NCBI GenBank assembly: GCA_964016885.1
Contig: OZ024740.1
Coordinates: 60,326,001 to 60,390,000 of the forward strand
Direction: 5' to 3'
From: Eledone cirrhosa
Lineage: Eukaryota
Length of the DNA: 64,000 bases
Within the stretch, counting starts at the first letter, position 1; every line of letters begins with the position of its first letter. A program made the position numbers and the translations under genes. The notes under the pieces were generated by a model. The model had not been told where the DNA came from, ran no database searches, and was given only the letters and a program-made list of their open reading frames with translations. This document shows positions 26,480-40,689 of the stretch, piece after piece.

Positions 26480-28334
26480 CATACATATATATATTTATTA
26501 AAATAACAGATTAAAGTTTAAGCAAAGAATCGCTGCTTTCACCCTTAACGGGGTTATTATTACTATATATATATATCCTAAATATTTTCATGATAATATA
26601 TTTATAACTTCAAAAGGAAGCATCAAGAGACTAGACAATTTTTTCATTAGCAACATCTCTCAGATTCATAAGCCCAAACCGCTTTATAATAACGATTTCT
26701 ATGGCCAGCAATTTTGTGGGGGGTTTTGTGTGTGTGTGGGGGGGGGGGCAAAGTTGATAATATCTACCACAGTATTTGACTGGTACTTTATTCCATTGAC
26801 CTCGGAAAGATGAAAGGCAAAGCTGACCTCGGCGGGATTTGAACGTATTTTGTCCTACGATTTAGCGAGTTTGCTAATCCATCACTATCTTCTTTATAAA
26901 CAACGAAAACCAACATAGCAGATTGCTCGCAAGCTTGTCATGCTATAAACTCTTTAGCTGACTTTCAAGTATTATCACAGTAAGCAAAATTGGCACCACT
27001 AACCATTACTTATTGAAAACCTTTTTCTCTTTCACATTTGAGCATTTAATTTCCCTCATAACTATCAACAACGAATAGATTCAACCCTTGAAGTAGATAA
27101 TCTTCTCCTCAATTGTTACAAGTATTATAACAACGGAGATCATAATGCTTTCTAATTTAGGCACCAGGCCAGCAATTAATTGGTAGGGATAAGTCGATAA
27201 GATGAACCCCAATATTTGATTGGTCTTTTATCAACCGCGAAACGATGAAAGACAAAGTTGACCTTGGCGAGTTTTGAACGGCGGTGATAATGATTTTATA
27301 GTTATGCATGAAGCGAAATTTTCATGAAAATCGATAGAATCCACACCCTTCCAGCTTCAAAATTTATAACCCTTCCTATCTAACGGAAAACACTGCCTAT
27401 GGTTTTTATATAATTTTCAAAATAATCAGGAATTTAGACGGATTTAGTAATAGAACTTTCTCATTATTAAGCTGGTGTTTGGGACATGAATGTTCTTAAT
27501 AGAATTATAATGAAAGGTTTTTAGATATATAAAATCGACAGTTAATATCGTATATCAAACGGAGATTTAGTATCAAAGGAATAAATCTTGGATCAATTCT
27601 TAGTAACAATAATGATGATGATGGAAATAATGTTGTTGATGGAACCATAGAAACCCTTATAAGCAAAACAGCAAAAGTATTGATTTTTTGTCTTATGCAC
27701 ATGTATGTTCGACCATAGTATATAACTAAAAGTAATTTCATTGAACCCAGAGAGATTAGTCTAAACTGAATTATAGCCGAACTTAGTAGTGAAAGTGAAA
27801 GTAAAATATATTATATACAGCAACAATATATGTTATTTGTTGCTCTCCATCTACGACGGCAATGATACAGTTCTAGAGATGGAAGAAAAATAATTCTAAA
27901 AACTTATATAATACAATGGCTATAAATAATTTTAATACCGACTAGATATTATCCAGGGCGATTTTTTTTCTAGTTTATGACACGAAGGAGCAATATATTT
28001 TTCATAAGGTAAAACATTTATTCGCGAACAGAAGCACAATGAACAAGATGCTTTATAAATAAAATAAACCACCAGCATAAAAGGAGTAGATTTTAAAATC
28101 TTACTTGAAATACTTATGCACAAAGAAGAATAACAATATAAGCTCCTTGACTAATATCATTTTAAACATTTCGGTACACATGGGAGATAACCCCAGACAT
28201 ATTTCAGTTTTAATAGGTCTCCCCAGCACCGCATATTTTTTCTAATTAGACATTCTATGTTCACTACATTAAATATGTTATCAATGACTATGGCTTATTA
28301 AACGAATGGTGTTTTGGGTATCTAACTGCAACGA

Positions 28335-28560
28335 ACAATTGGAGATTTTTGCTAGATTTGCCAATCATTTTGACAGCTTGCTAAATATCCCAGGTGACGT
28401 GGACTATATCGCCCTCGAAAAGGTTACTCAACAGCCAACCTTCCGATTCTTAGATGACGAACCTGTTTTCAAGGAATTCACTGATGCAACGGAATAAATG
28501 AAAGAAGGTAAAGCACTTGGTAAATGTGCTATACCCACTGAAATCTGGAAGCATAGAGGT
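28335..28560 (+). mobile_element. RTE-clade LINE linker fragment
   Basis: ARFANHFDSLLN...LDDEP...MKEGKALGKCAIPTEIWKH. Confidence 0.65.
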
Positions 28561-29274
28561 GTGTAGCCTATATGCAGGGCAGAATTAAGTCCTTTAGAAG
28601 TTCTAAGCAATTAGTAGATTAAGGTGTACCCTCTCACACCGCTATATAAAAGATCTGTAATTTCTTATGTAATTTGAATAAAACTGTGCGTCTTCCCTTC
28701 ATGCCCTAAATATGAGCTTATTTTGCTTAATGGTTAATCCACCCTGCTTATATTTATTTTTTGAATCCTCTGAATCAGTAGTACCTAAACTTTAACCATA
28801 TTGGCTGTTTTAAGCAAATCAATAATCCTCTATTTCTAAATAGAGAAAAACACTGTTTTTTTAGTAACTTCGTTTTATTTAGTTATAATTATGAGCGGAC
28901 GTTTAATTTTCCTGCGACCCCCCGGACTGTTCAATTCGTATAAGATAACATTAGATTTACTTTTAGGCATTTGATCCTTCATATTATTATAGTTAGAGAG
29001 AGGATGGAGTGTTTCCGACTTCGTAATATGTTTCTAGCAAATTATCATATAATCCGACAAAACAAATAATCCGGCACGTGTCTGGAACCAAGGGTGCCGG
29101 AAAATTGGTGCTGTATCTCCATTGAAATAAAATACAATGAAGCCATCTTTATATTTTATAGTTGGTGAAATATTTCCGATTTTCGTTTGCGTTTGTAAAT
29201 GCTGTTTTAGTCCTTACATCTATGAATTGTTGCATAACAAATTCATAAACATTTTACATGTTATCAAATATTTC

Positions 29275-30395
29275 TCTTCTTCTTCTACTTCTATGCCCTG
29301 GGTGGGGAAGGGTCCTCAAACACGCCTTCCAGCGGGTCCTATCGGAAGCAATCGTCTCCAATTGATCCGGCTGGATCACCAAGCGAGACCAGCCGAGCTT
29401 ATGTATGGAATCCAACCATCTTGGTCGAGGTTTGCCTCTGGGGTCCTGCCGCCTGGTTTTTCCCGTAAAATCTGTGCAGCGATTCTTTCCTGAGACATTC
29501 TAACAACATGCCCATAATATCGGATCTGTGATCTCTCAATAGAGGAGTAGCGGCTCTACCTAGAGCGATTCTCTAATCTCCGAGCTACGCACTCTATTGA
29601 GTAACGTTACTCCAAAGACCATGTCAGCCGCTTGTATTCGATGGGTTTGGCTTTTACACCTAATACATTCTTCTGATGACCGAATGTTGAAGCTGGCGCA
29701 TTACTGCATCACCTTTAATTTAATTCAGCCTCCTACCTTCCGTCACTCTTTAATACGGCCCCGAGATACTTGAACTTCTCCACCTGCTTCAGTGAAACTA
29801 CACTTATATGTAGAGTGCACTGTGCAGGCCTTTTGAGAGGACGAGTGTCTCAGTCCTCTCAGCACTGGTTTTCATTCTTGTCGCGTAGCACTTGGTAACA
29901 AACCTAACAAGTGCAAGTTGGATATCACCTTCTAACGAGTTAAGAAATACCATGTCGTTTATAAATTCCAGCTGACTGATTCTACACCTGCCAGTTTCGG
30001 TACCACTTCTAAGTCAGCTGCGCATGACCATCCTGTCCATGAGCATCATGAACAGGAGAGATGACAGTATGCATCCTTGGTGGAATCCAACTCCCACATT
30101 GAATGGTTTCGGCTTAACACCATTTATCCGAACACAAATACTCAGGCATTCGTATAGAAACATCAGGGCAACATGAATCTCTCTATCGATCCCATACTCC
30201 TGGCGAACCTTCTCCAGCAGGTTCCGTGGAACGTGGCCATGTGTTTTTTAGAGGTCTACGAAACCAGAATACACCCCTTGGCAATACTCCCACGATATCT
30301 CAAACACTTGCCGCATTGTAGATATTTGGTCGGCTGTTCTGCGTCCTGGGCGTAAACCACACTGTTTGTTCAAAAGTGAAATATTTTGTCATCAT
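29275..30395 (-). mobile_element. Expander/Rex3-like RTE LINE, degenerate RT and 3' end
   Basis: Minus frames QCGLRPGRRTADQI, GFVDL, VGVGFHQGCILSSLLF, RGKPRPRW. Confidence 0.85.
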
Positions 30396-31227
30396 GACCT
30401 TTTCAGAATCATACTGTGTGTCATAGGTTGGAAACCGTTGTTTTAAATCAATTCATCTTTCAATATTTAAAAAGCAGCTTTTGCTGTCACTAAATACACA
30501 TGGCAATTTTTCTGTTAAGAAAAATAGTAAACATGTAAGACGTTTACACAACGTCATTCATATGTAGAAAAATACGAACCGTTGCTAAATGTAAACAGAA
30601 TATTGATTTCCATTCGTTTCGATATAAAATTACACACAAAGAAGAAAGTGTTTTATTCTGCTTAATATGAGAAATCGCTCCCCAGTTCCACCAAGCAGCA
30701 TTAAACAAAATGAGGCTACAATGCAATACAGAGTACTGCACGGTGGGAAGGGAGTTGGGTTATTCCTAAAACATAGTGATTAGCCCTTTATCAGTTCAAT
30801 TATTGCACGACCAATGTCGTAATAATTCAGAATATAAAATCAAAACTCCAACATTACATTTTTATTGTAATATAAGTTGATTCAACTACATTATCGTGAG
30901 GTTACCATGAAGAAAAAGTAAAGTAGGTAGCGAAGCAAATTCTTTAACCTTACAACCATGCCCCCCCCCCCCTCACTCTCTCACTCTCTCTCTCTTTCTT
31001 ACTATATATATATATATATATATAAATATATATATATAGTATATCCGTATGTAGTTGACGAAGTAGAGTTTAAATATTATTATGGCTAAATACTGGGTGT
31101 AGTTAATCTGAAGTTTTACTTGCTTGCTCATAGGGTCATCTTGATGACATACACACACACATACACACACATATATATATATATGCGTGTGTGTGTGTGT
31201 GTGAGCGCGTATGTGTGTGTATGTATA

Positions 31228-31298
<71 letters not shown>

Positions 31299-31385
31299 TA
31301 TATAAATATATATGTGTGTGTCTGGGCCTGTATATGTGTTTATGTATAATATATCTATATTATAAAGACGAGGAATGGGAGAATG

Positions 31386-31479
<94 letters not shown>

Positions 31480-32271
31480 AGGTGTGTGAGTGTGTGTGTG
31501 TATGTATATATATATATATATATATATACGTAAAAGTGTGTGTGTGTGTGTGTATACATGCACACAAATCCATTCAAATTGTTTACAAACTGTTTGGTCG
31601 TTATTTGTGATTCTGTCTCATTTAACCGTCCTTTTGCTTTAATGGCCCACTGAGAATAATTGAGTTAGCAACAGAGGCTGCTGTCTTCAAATACATTCGC
31701 TATAAATATGAAAAGAACGATGTATATAGCGTACGTGCTTCTTTCGTCCATAGAGAGATTACTAGATACTTATAAAACTGACTAAATTGGCTCTCGCAAG
31801 ACTGTTTTCAACCGTCAACAAAGAAACCAAAGTCTAAAATACGTAACAAAAAACAACATGAAAACGAAAATGAAAAAACGATAAACATATTTATCATCAA
31901 GAGTGTTGTATTGAATATCGTAAATATGAGCGAATGGGATGAGAGTTGGACGACTACGCCGCCTCTTTAACGGCTCTGATTTGCTTCAGATCTTCATTAT
32001 TACTGAAGTAATAAAAAAAGATCGTATGAAATTGGTAGTGTGTCGTCTTACACGAAAACAGTAGACTTTATTTATGTTTTTAAAATACCTAATATTTGCA
32101 TCGTAATTTATAGACTTTACTCTCTATTTAAGCATATCTATTCCACTCTCCTCGCCTTCAGTAATTCAATTTATTAGTTTATACTTAATAACTAACATTC
32201 CGAATATCCACACACGCACAGACTCACACATACACACACGCGCACATACAGACACTCACACATTCTTGGTT

Positions 32272-32324
<53 letters not shown>

Positions 32325-32357
32325 CACACAAACGCACACACACATATGTATAGACAT

Positions 32358-32457
<100 letters not shown>

Positions 32458-32572
32458 TATATATTCATATAGATAGGTAGATAAATAGATAGATATAGAT
32501 ATGCATGTAATAATGTAATCTAATATAAAGAGTATACATTCAAAATACATATGTCGAATAAATGTTATTTCT

Positions 32573-32616
32573 CTTAAACATGGGTTTCATGTTGCGCTAT
32601 TCAATCATCAGTAAAG
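32573..32616 (-). ncRNA. Degenerate type I hammerhead-like motif
   Basis: Minus strand: tta CTGATGA t tg...ca t GAAA c-ccat-g TT taa; stem II is weak. Confidence 0.45.
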
Positions 32617-32927
32617 GAAAGGATTTGGATTATACAGCGTCTGTTTTGTTTCGGTTCTTCCATTTTACTTAATCATTTTTTTCTCTATTTTTTTCAGTTT
32701 TACCGCCTTGCAAGCAAATCTTGTTTCGGGGACGTTTTCTTAGGGTAAATACACGAATATTAAATATGAGACTGTTATATTCACTACTATTTGTATATAT
32801 AAATATATATAGGATCGTCAAGATGAAATTTCTAGAAAAAAAAGAAATTTCTACAAATTTCATACTTGACGGCCCAATATATATCACATTTACTCTTGCG
32901 TTTTTTTGTTATTTGTTTTCTGTTATT

Positions 32928-33010
<83 letters not shown>

Positions 33011-33319
33011 ATATATATATATATGTAGGTATATATATATATGTAGGTATATATATATATATGTATGTATATATATATATATGTATGTATATATATATAT
33101 ATATTTCGTTTCTGAATTTGTTTAGTAAGATTCTTTATCTGAAAACGTGTGTTGAAACCGATATTGCTATACTTTGGGAGGGTCATGTTGCCAATAAGAA
33201 ATACACCCACCAGTTGCATTCACTCCAATAGATAATCATTACTATAAGTAAGTTTAAGTAGGAGTCCCAGCTCACTGGTATCAATCCCACGGAATTCAAC
33301 ATTGCTCTCAGAAATGATC

Positions 33320-34800
33320 AGTGAGAGCAATGTTGAATTCCGTGGGATTGATACCAGTGAGCTGGGACTCCTACTTAAACTTACTTATAGTAATGACTAT
33401 CTAGATACGTATGACCTTAGCAACCTCTGCCCCACAAGGCCAGCAAGAGGCAGACCACCTACCATTACCTCAATGATCAAGAAAACCCACACAAAAAGAT
33501 GGAACGGGTGGACCAGAGCCATACGGACCCCCGAAAACCATGATGAACTAAAGAAAATAATTGCACATGCGGTGGGGGCCAGTATAAAACTAACCCTTAA
33601 GGAACATATGTTCAAATTTAATGGAAAAACATATGCCCAAGAGGAGGGAGCAGCCATTGGTGTTAGCATTGCAGGTGAAATAGCTAACCTATTCATGGTA
33701 TGGTGGGACAATAAACTTAAAGAACAATTAGAAGACAGCAACCTCTTAACCCTGATAATGTACTGTCGCTACGTTGGTGATATAAATATCGTAGTAAAAA
33801 CACCCCCACTAGAGAACGGTCAGGAATTAGAGAAAACACCATGGAAAGCATCCAGCAAATAGCTAACTCCATCCACCAGAGTATTAGAGTTACTATAGAC
33901 TACCCAAGCAAACACCCCAACCATCGATTACCTGTACTAGACACAGAGCTCTGGTTAGAAACCATTAATAACAAAAAACAAAAAACAAATCCTCCATTCC
34001 CATTATGCCAAACCCATGACTTTCAAATATCTGATCCACCGAAACTCAGCTGTTTCGGATCACACCAAAATCATCATACTGATTGCGGATTTAGTACGGG
34101 TGATGAGAAACGTGTTCCGCATGTGCAACCCCAAATTCTCTGGTTACAATCAGAGAGATAAAATCAGAGTATATAGAGGAGCCAGAACCAAATGGGAAAA
34201 AATGGTAAATAATGATACAAATGAGACCTGTCCCTTGTATAGGAGCAAATTTTGGAATAGAATTGAAAGAACTAGGAATAAGGTTAATAGAATAAACTCA
34301 TGGTATGATAGCAATAAATACCAGAGTGTAATGTTCATCAATACAAGCCCTAGAGGTGAATTAGCTTACAAATTTAGAAGGGCCATAGATAAACTTAAAC
34401 TAAATATTAAGATAGTAGAAAGACCAGGTACCTCCATAAAAACACTTATTAGCAATACATACCCTTTTCAAAGACCTCCCTGTATAGATAAGAAATGCAT
34501 AATCTGTAAACTAAGCTCCCATATTAACTGTAAAACTAGAAACATAGTATATAGCATAAGATGTACTGAAGGACAATGTAAAGATAAGAATATAGTGTAC
34601 ATAGGTGAGACAGCACGTAGTATAGGAGAACGATTAAATGAACACTGGCGAGAGCTTCAAGATAGAAAAGAATTATCAGTACTCCACCAACATGCTAAAA
34701 TAGAACATAAGGGCAAATTAGAGAACATAGAAATAAAAATAAAATCTACACACAGAAAAGACGCAATATTTAGACAAATCACATAGGCAATAATCATAAA
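33320..34800 (+). pseudogene. PLE RT-GIY-YIG ORF with two frameshifts and a premature TAG
   Basis: ORFs 33302-33862, 33841-34161 and 34016-34786 are consecutive parts of one polyprotein. Confidence 0.88.
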
Positions 34801-35036
34801 AAACATGAATGGACTAGCAACATCACAACTTAAAATTAAGGACAAAATGAAAGCACACACACACATAGACCAAACAACCAACCAGTAACATGTAAATAAA
34901 CAAATAAATAAACAAATAAAAACACACTCAGACACCCGGATGTAACACATACGCAAACTAAGCACACAATACACACAAAAACAAGATGGCGTAGGACAGA
35001 ACAAAGGAGAGGCACAAAAAAAGAAAAGAATCCCCA

Positions 35037-35079
35037 GTCACTGAAAAAGTCACAGAATGTGTGACGAAAGAACTTTGAC
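35037..35079 (+). ncRNA. Minimal type I hammerhead in the PLE pLTR (G8A lesion)
   Basis: gtca CTGAAAA a gtcaca-gaatg-tgtgac GAAA gaact t tgac. Confidence 0.7.
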
Positions 35080-35365
35080 AATATATGAACAACCGTCCGG
35101 TTGTGGAACCAACCAACCAACTGGAAATTGATAAATTTTTAAATTTATAATTTAATTTATAATAAATTGGAGTGAAAGTATCTGGTGCGTGTGTATCTCA
35201 TTGGCAACAGGACCCTCCCAAAGTATATATATATATATATATATTAAAATAACATTAAAGTTTAAGCAAAGAATCGCTGCTTTCACCCTTAACGGTTCTT
35301 ATATATTTGATATATATTTATCCTTATCAAGCCCTCTGGATTTTAGTCTTCAAATTTGTTATTAT

Positions 35366-35410
<45 letters not shown>

Positions 35411-35790
35411 ATGTTGGTTATGTACATAATTAAGACTCCACTGGGAGTAGAAAGTTGATGCAGATATTTCTCAATATATTCCTCAGAATATTCGTTTGTT
35501 GTTGAAATACAGAGTGCTCAATAAATAATATGCAGCTTATTACAATATAATCTATTTCATCTGTAGATAGATATTTGCAAAATACTTGCATAAATATTAA
35601 CAATAATATAACTTTTAATTGTATGCTTCTTAGCCCTTATTGCAAGCTCTTGAGCTTGTATATTCTATCATGACTTCTGTTTGCTCAATCAATGACAGGA
35701 AGTCTACAGACTTCTGTCGTACAGGTGGTGCTATTAAGTTAGACATAGCCTGGCCCAATACTGACCAAAACCTATCAAAGTTATATATAT

Positions 35791-35985
35791 AAAACGAAGG
35801 AGGTGTGGTAAGGAACGAGATGGACCATAACGCACCAGAGTACTCAATACTTAGGGTAGTAGAGTGAGTAATAGGAAAAGGTTTGACCCCCGACGGCAGA
35901 GCTCAAGTCGTTTCGACGGGTATTTCTTAGTCCAGAAATAGCCGTCGAAACGGCTTGAGCTCTGCCGTCGGGGGTCAAACATTTT

Positions 35986-35990
<5 letters not shown>
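35791..35990. mobile_element. Family A PLE mini-element, fold-back, in (TA)n
   Basis: Inverted arms ~35871-35928 / 35935-35990. Confidence 0.8.
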
Positions 35991-36027
<37 letters not shown>

Positions 36028-36031
<4 letters not shown>

Positions 36032-36203
36032 GTTATTCCGGGTTGAATCGGAGGTAACCACAGTAAGTAAGGTACTCAATACATTGCAGAGTATAAAAGT
36101 TTTAATATAGATGAGATTCTACAGGACTAGAACTGTTTCATTCTTTAGAAATCATCAGGATGATTTCTAAAGAATGAAACAGTTCTAGTCCTGTAGAATC
36201 TCA

Positions 36204-36210
<7 letters not shown>
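36028..36210. mobile_element. PLE fold-back mini-insertion with a hammerhead core at the palindrome centre
   Basis: Palindrome 36105-36210. Minus strand reads CTGATGA t ttc-taaa-gaa t GAAA cag TT ctag. Confidence 0.7.
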
Positions 36211-36267
<57 letters not shown>

Positions 36268-36289
36268 AAAATGTTTGACCCCCGACGGG

Positions 36290-36565
36290 GGAAAAGAAAA
36301 TGGTGACAAATTTTTCCCAGTGAAAAATAGTTTAATTAGGAATAAGTATAAATTAGTAATAAGTATTGCTCTAATCGGATTAGAGCAAACATCACGAGCG
36401 CTCTATCTCAAAATTATTTTTGAAAAGCATTAGAAATGCGCAACCGGTAAAAACTTAAAACTAAAACTAAATACTAACCAATACTTATTACTAATTTATA
36501 CTTATTCCTAATTAAACTATTTTTCACTGGGAAAAATTTGTCAGCATTTTCTTTTCCTTTTTACT
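36290..36565. mobile_element. PLE-like fold-back mini-insertion (family shared with 41508-41685)
   Basis: Inverted arms ~36290-36367 / 36480-36557; variant hammerhead-like motif at 36417-36452. Confidence 0.65.
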
Positions 36566-36591
36566 AATATATCACAACTCGTGTGTCACAC

Positions 36592-36654
<63 letters not shown>

Positions 36655-37430
36655 TGAGGTTGTCTGTCTGTCTATCGATTTTTGGCACACATCTCCTCTT
36701 AGAATCTCTCACGGAATTGCACCGAAATTGCTATACTTGTACATTGAGCCCTAGCGAAGACATCGGAAAAAAAATATTTCAAATTGACCCGCCCTATCTG
36801 ACGAAATCGAATATAATGTATCGATTTTTGAGCGTAAGTGATCAGTTATTTCCCTTTGTTCTGTTTACATTGAGCGTCTGCGTGCAAAAATTAAAAAAAT
36901 TACGCTGGCTTTCTCAGCGTTTAAAATGACAGGTTTTGTTTTTAGTCCTGCATATGTGTATACAATATATGTGTATACAATATATATATGTATGTATGTA
37001 TATATGTATATATATGTATATATATATATATATGTATATCTATATTATATATATAAAACTGAGGTTGTCTGTCTGTCTATCGATTTTTGGCACACATCTC
37101 CTCTTAGAATCTCTCACGGAATTGCACCGAAATTGCTATACTTGTACATTGAGCCCTAGCGAAGACATCGGAAAAAAATATTTCAAATTGACCCGCCCTA
37201 TCTGACGAAATCGAATATAATGTATCGATTTTTGAGCGTAAGTGATCAGTTATTTCCCTTTGTTCTGTTTACATTGAGCGTCTGCGTGCAAAAATTAAAA
37301 AAATTACGCTGGCTTTCTCAGCGTTTAAAATGATAGGTTTTGTTTTTAGTCCTGCATATGTGTATACAATATATGTGTATACAATATATATATATATGTA
37401 TGTATATATGTATATATATGTATATATATG

Positions 37431-37543
<113 letters not shown>

Positions 37544-37579
37544 ATACAATATATATATATATGTATGTATATATATATG

Positions 37580-37622
<43 letters not shown>

Positions 37623-37627
37623 ATATG

Positions 37628-37660
<33 letters not shown>

Positions 37661-37687
37661 GTATATATATATATGTATATATATATA

Positions 37688-37826
37688 TGTCAGGTCACAA
37701 GTTGGTGCTACTGGTAACATGTATCCCAGTACAACCTGTCTCATGGTCGGGTCGTTGGCGACTAAACTGGCAACCCCACCAAGGTTTCTTGGTGAGGAGG
37801 GTGACTTTGGACATCCTGCAGGACTA
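37688..37826 (+). mobile_element. Dispersed hairpin-rich repeat (copy of 12530-12670)
   Basis: Direct sequence similarity. Confidence 0.6.
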
Positions 37827-38048
37827 AAAACAGTTGTCGAGCCAGCAAAATTTTGACCTACAAAATTCATCAGTTCGAACACTAAGCTTCCGTTTTGCTT
37901 CATTTCCATTTAAAAGCCTTTTAAAACAATATTTTTACTTGAAAACAAGTCTATTTAAAGACTACGTAAAACAAGCAAATATTTCGTAAAAAAAAAGCAA
38001 AAATTATATAAGTTTATTTAAAATATATGTATCTGTAAATTTCGTTAG

Positions 38049-38210
38049 GCGTGCAGACAGACAGTGGTGCAGAGAGGTGATATACGCGTGCAGACAGATA
38101 GTCGTGCAGAGAGGTGATATACGCGTGCAGACAGATAGTCGTGCAGAGAGGTGATATAGGCGTGCAGACAGACAGTCGTGCAGAGAGGTGATATAGGCGT
38201 GCAGACAGAC
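38049..38210. repeat. 37 bp minisatellite, about 4.4 copies
   Basis: Unit gcgtgcagacagatagtcgtgcagagaggtgatatac. Confidence 0.95.
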
Positions 38211-39352
38211 ATAACTGATAATTTGGTTACGCTAATGTTTTTCTCTGCGTTGCAGTGTTTACATTTTCGATCTTTGTTAATAAATAACCAGTGCAGTTTT
38301 TATCCCCAGCATCCTCTTTTGTTATAACATTCGGGTTATCGTTATGTTTTCTTAACTTCATAAGGCATATTGTTGGTTGAGGGAATATTAATCAAAAACA
38401 CCACATGCAAGTCTGCACAGTAGACACTACAGTTTTTAAGCCAAAAAAGAAACTTAACATTGTAACTTTAACACATCTACTGAGCGACCCCGAGCAACGC
38501 CGGGCTTTACTGCTAGTATATATATATATATATATTGGTATTCGTCGTTGTTGTTGTTATGTGCTATGGTTGCATACACCTGGTCTATATATTATTCAAA
38601 CTAAGTCAACGTCAACCACGTACGTAAGCAACCATAAACCACACCTCTACACTCGATATCAAAGAACCATACTGCCTGAGGATGAGCTAAATCACGCCCG
38701 CTTTTTTAAATATGTCCTCAACCGAGCCGCACCAATTACTGGTAAAGGCAAGATGAACGTCATGTGGCTGCAGCCGTCGTATTACAACGTTCATCTTGCC
38801 TATACCAGTAATTGATGCAGCTTTTATGGTTATTTTATGTTTATGTAGTTATTTTACTTCAGACAGATATAGTTAATCTATGGCAGATATTATAACTATG
38901 GGCATGGAAAGACAGAGAACGTCTTCACGAACCAATGTATCGTCTTCCTGTTTTCCTTCGGCTGCAACGTTTTGCGAAATATTTACTCTGCACCCACAGA
39001 TTGATTTTATTAGTTTCAGAAGATCCCGTTAAGGGTGAAAGCAACGATTCTTTCCTTAAACTTTAATATATTCTTATAATAAATATATATATATAAGAAT
39101 AACATTAAGAAAAATGCTGATGTTACATAAATCGTTTATTTGAAATAATTATTTCAACGGTTCGCTTATGCAATCCACGATGAAACTTATGCATTTGTTG
39201 TTGCTATCGGAACAGTAACTTCAGATTAAAATCCGGTTTTGTGATATGCCGCAGGCAAAAAACACGTCCTTCTTCTCGTGCCCGGCCGACATATAGAAAT
39301 ATGTCTTACGGTATAGAAATATGTTGTGCAAGGATTTGAACTTAATAAACCA

Positions 39353-39458
<106 letters not shown>

Positions 39459-39540
39459 GGGTAAACAGAAATAACAACACAATCGGTACAGTATAGGGAA
39501 GGTATATATTAGGTTAACGCTTGAAATAGTAGGAAGAGGG

Positions 39541-39576
39541 TCTTAACGTTTCGGACGCCAGTCCTTCATCAGAAGA
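39541..39576 (-). ncRNA. Intact minimal type I hammerhead ribozyme
   Basis: Minus strand: tctt CTGATGA a ggac-tggc-gtcc GAAA cg TT aaga; palindromic ACGT stem III. Confidence 0.85.
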
Positions 39577-39981
39577 AAGAATGAGAAACAGGATAGATTC
39601 AGGGGACGGGCGGGTTGCAATTGGAAAAAAAGTCTTTAGATGCGGAGAAAAGATTTGAGATTGGTCATATTGAAGGTACTAGGGTGGAAGTGAAAAATAG
39701 AGTGAGAAGAAGGTGGTGTAAAAAGATTGTAGTAGAGGTAAAGTGGTAAAGAGTCGTGGAACATTTCAATGATACGAAAGATTTCCTGGTGGAAGTTCAG
39801 GTGTACTCCGGGTTGGTATTCAGTTTCCGGGTGAAAATCCAATTAGAAAATCCAACGAATTTTGAGAGGTCCACGTAAGAGTTGTTATATGTATGTGAAA
39901 GGTAAACAGAAATAAAAACACAATCGGTACAGTATATGGACGGGATATATTAGGTTAACGCTTGATATAGCAGGAAGAGGG

Positions 39982-40017
39982 TCTTAACGTTTCGGACACT
40001 AGTCCTTTATCAGAAGA
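39982..40017 (-). ncRNA. Minimal hammerhead with G8A lesion
   Basis: tctt CTGATAA a ggac-tagt-gtcc GAAA cg TT aaga. Confidence 0.75.
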
Positions 40018-40689
40018 AAGAAGGAGAAATAAAATAGATGGGCGAGATGGAATTGGAAAAAATGTCTTTAGATAAAAATAACAGGTCCATTCATGTTGAC
40101 ATGATAGATTCAGGGGACGGGCGGGTTGGATATATAAACTAGAAATAGAAGCTTTCGCCGTATTTTTGGCTAAAGAAATGTTAGCCTGATAGAAATGGAT
40201 ATAGATAGAAATATATATAGAAATATATATACATACAGTGGCGGACTGGCCAGGTTGCCAGGTTGCCCAATTTAGCATTGCGGAGCCCACAGTAGCATTG
40301 CAGGGCCCACTATAGTACTTTAGGGGCTAATGCTTTGTTTTAAAAAAATACCTAAGTCTAAGAGAAAGCGATGAAATATCAATGAAAGTTGGAAGATCAC
40401 TGATGAAGGACTAATTTTATTTATATATATATATACTTACACATACACACGAACTACTGACCAAACAATGTTTGGTACTAATGGGTTAAAGACATCTGTC
40501 AAATCAGTTAGTGGTGAATGTGGTGTATATATATATATATATATATATACACCACATTATATACAATGTCAATTAGATCCCTAGGCATTTTTGTACAAGT
40601 TGAAAACATCTTATGTATACATATATATAAATCTCTATATACACATGTACATGCACACATATACACGCACTCCCATATATATAAATCCA

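Larger units (their letters stand above)
33105..35225 (+). mobile_element. 5'-truncated Penelope-like element (RT + GIY-YIG; Naiad-like) with inverted 5' end, in (TA)n
   Basis: GAAIGVSIAGEIANLFM, RYVGDI, LPVLD, KPM, IVYSIRC...VYIGETARSIGERLNEH; hammerhead in the 3' pLTR; inverted pLTR piece at 33105-33227. Confidence 0.9.

Noticed and set aside
34440-35040. Selenocysteine or SECIS in the Naiad-like PLE
   Set aside because: Cys motifs use TGT/TGC, the premature stop is TAG, and I saw no SECIS-like hairpin.
38049-38210. 37 bp repeats of CRISPR-like length
   Set aside because: Contiguous tandem units with no spacers, in a eukaryotic context without cas genes.
38672-38700. CTGAGGA core-like motif (and CTGATGAAGGACT near 40400)
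   Set aside because: No matching GAAA half found.
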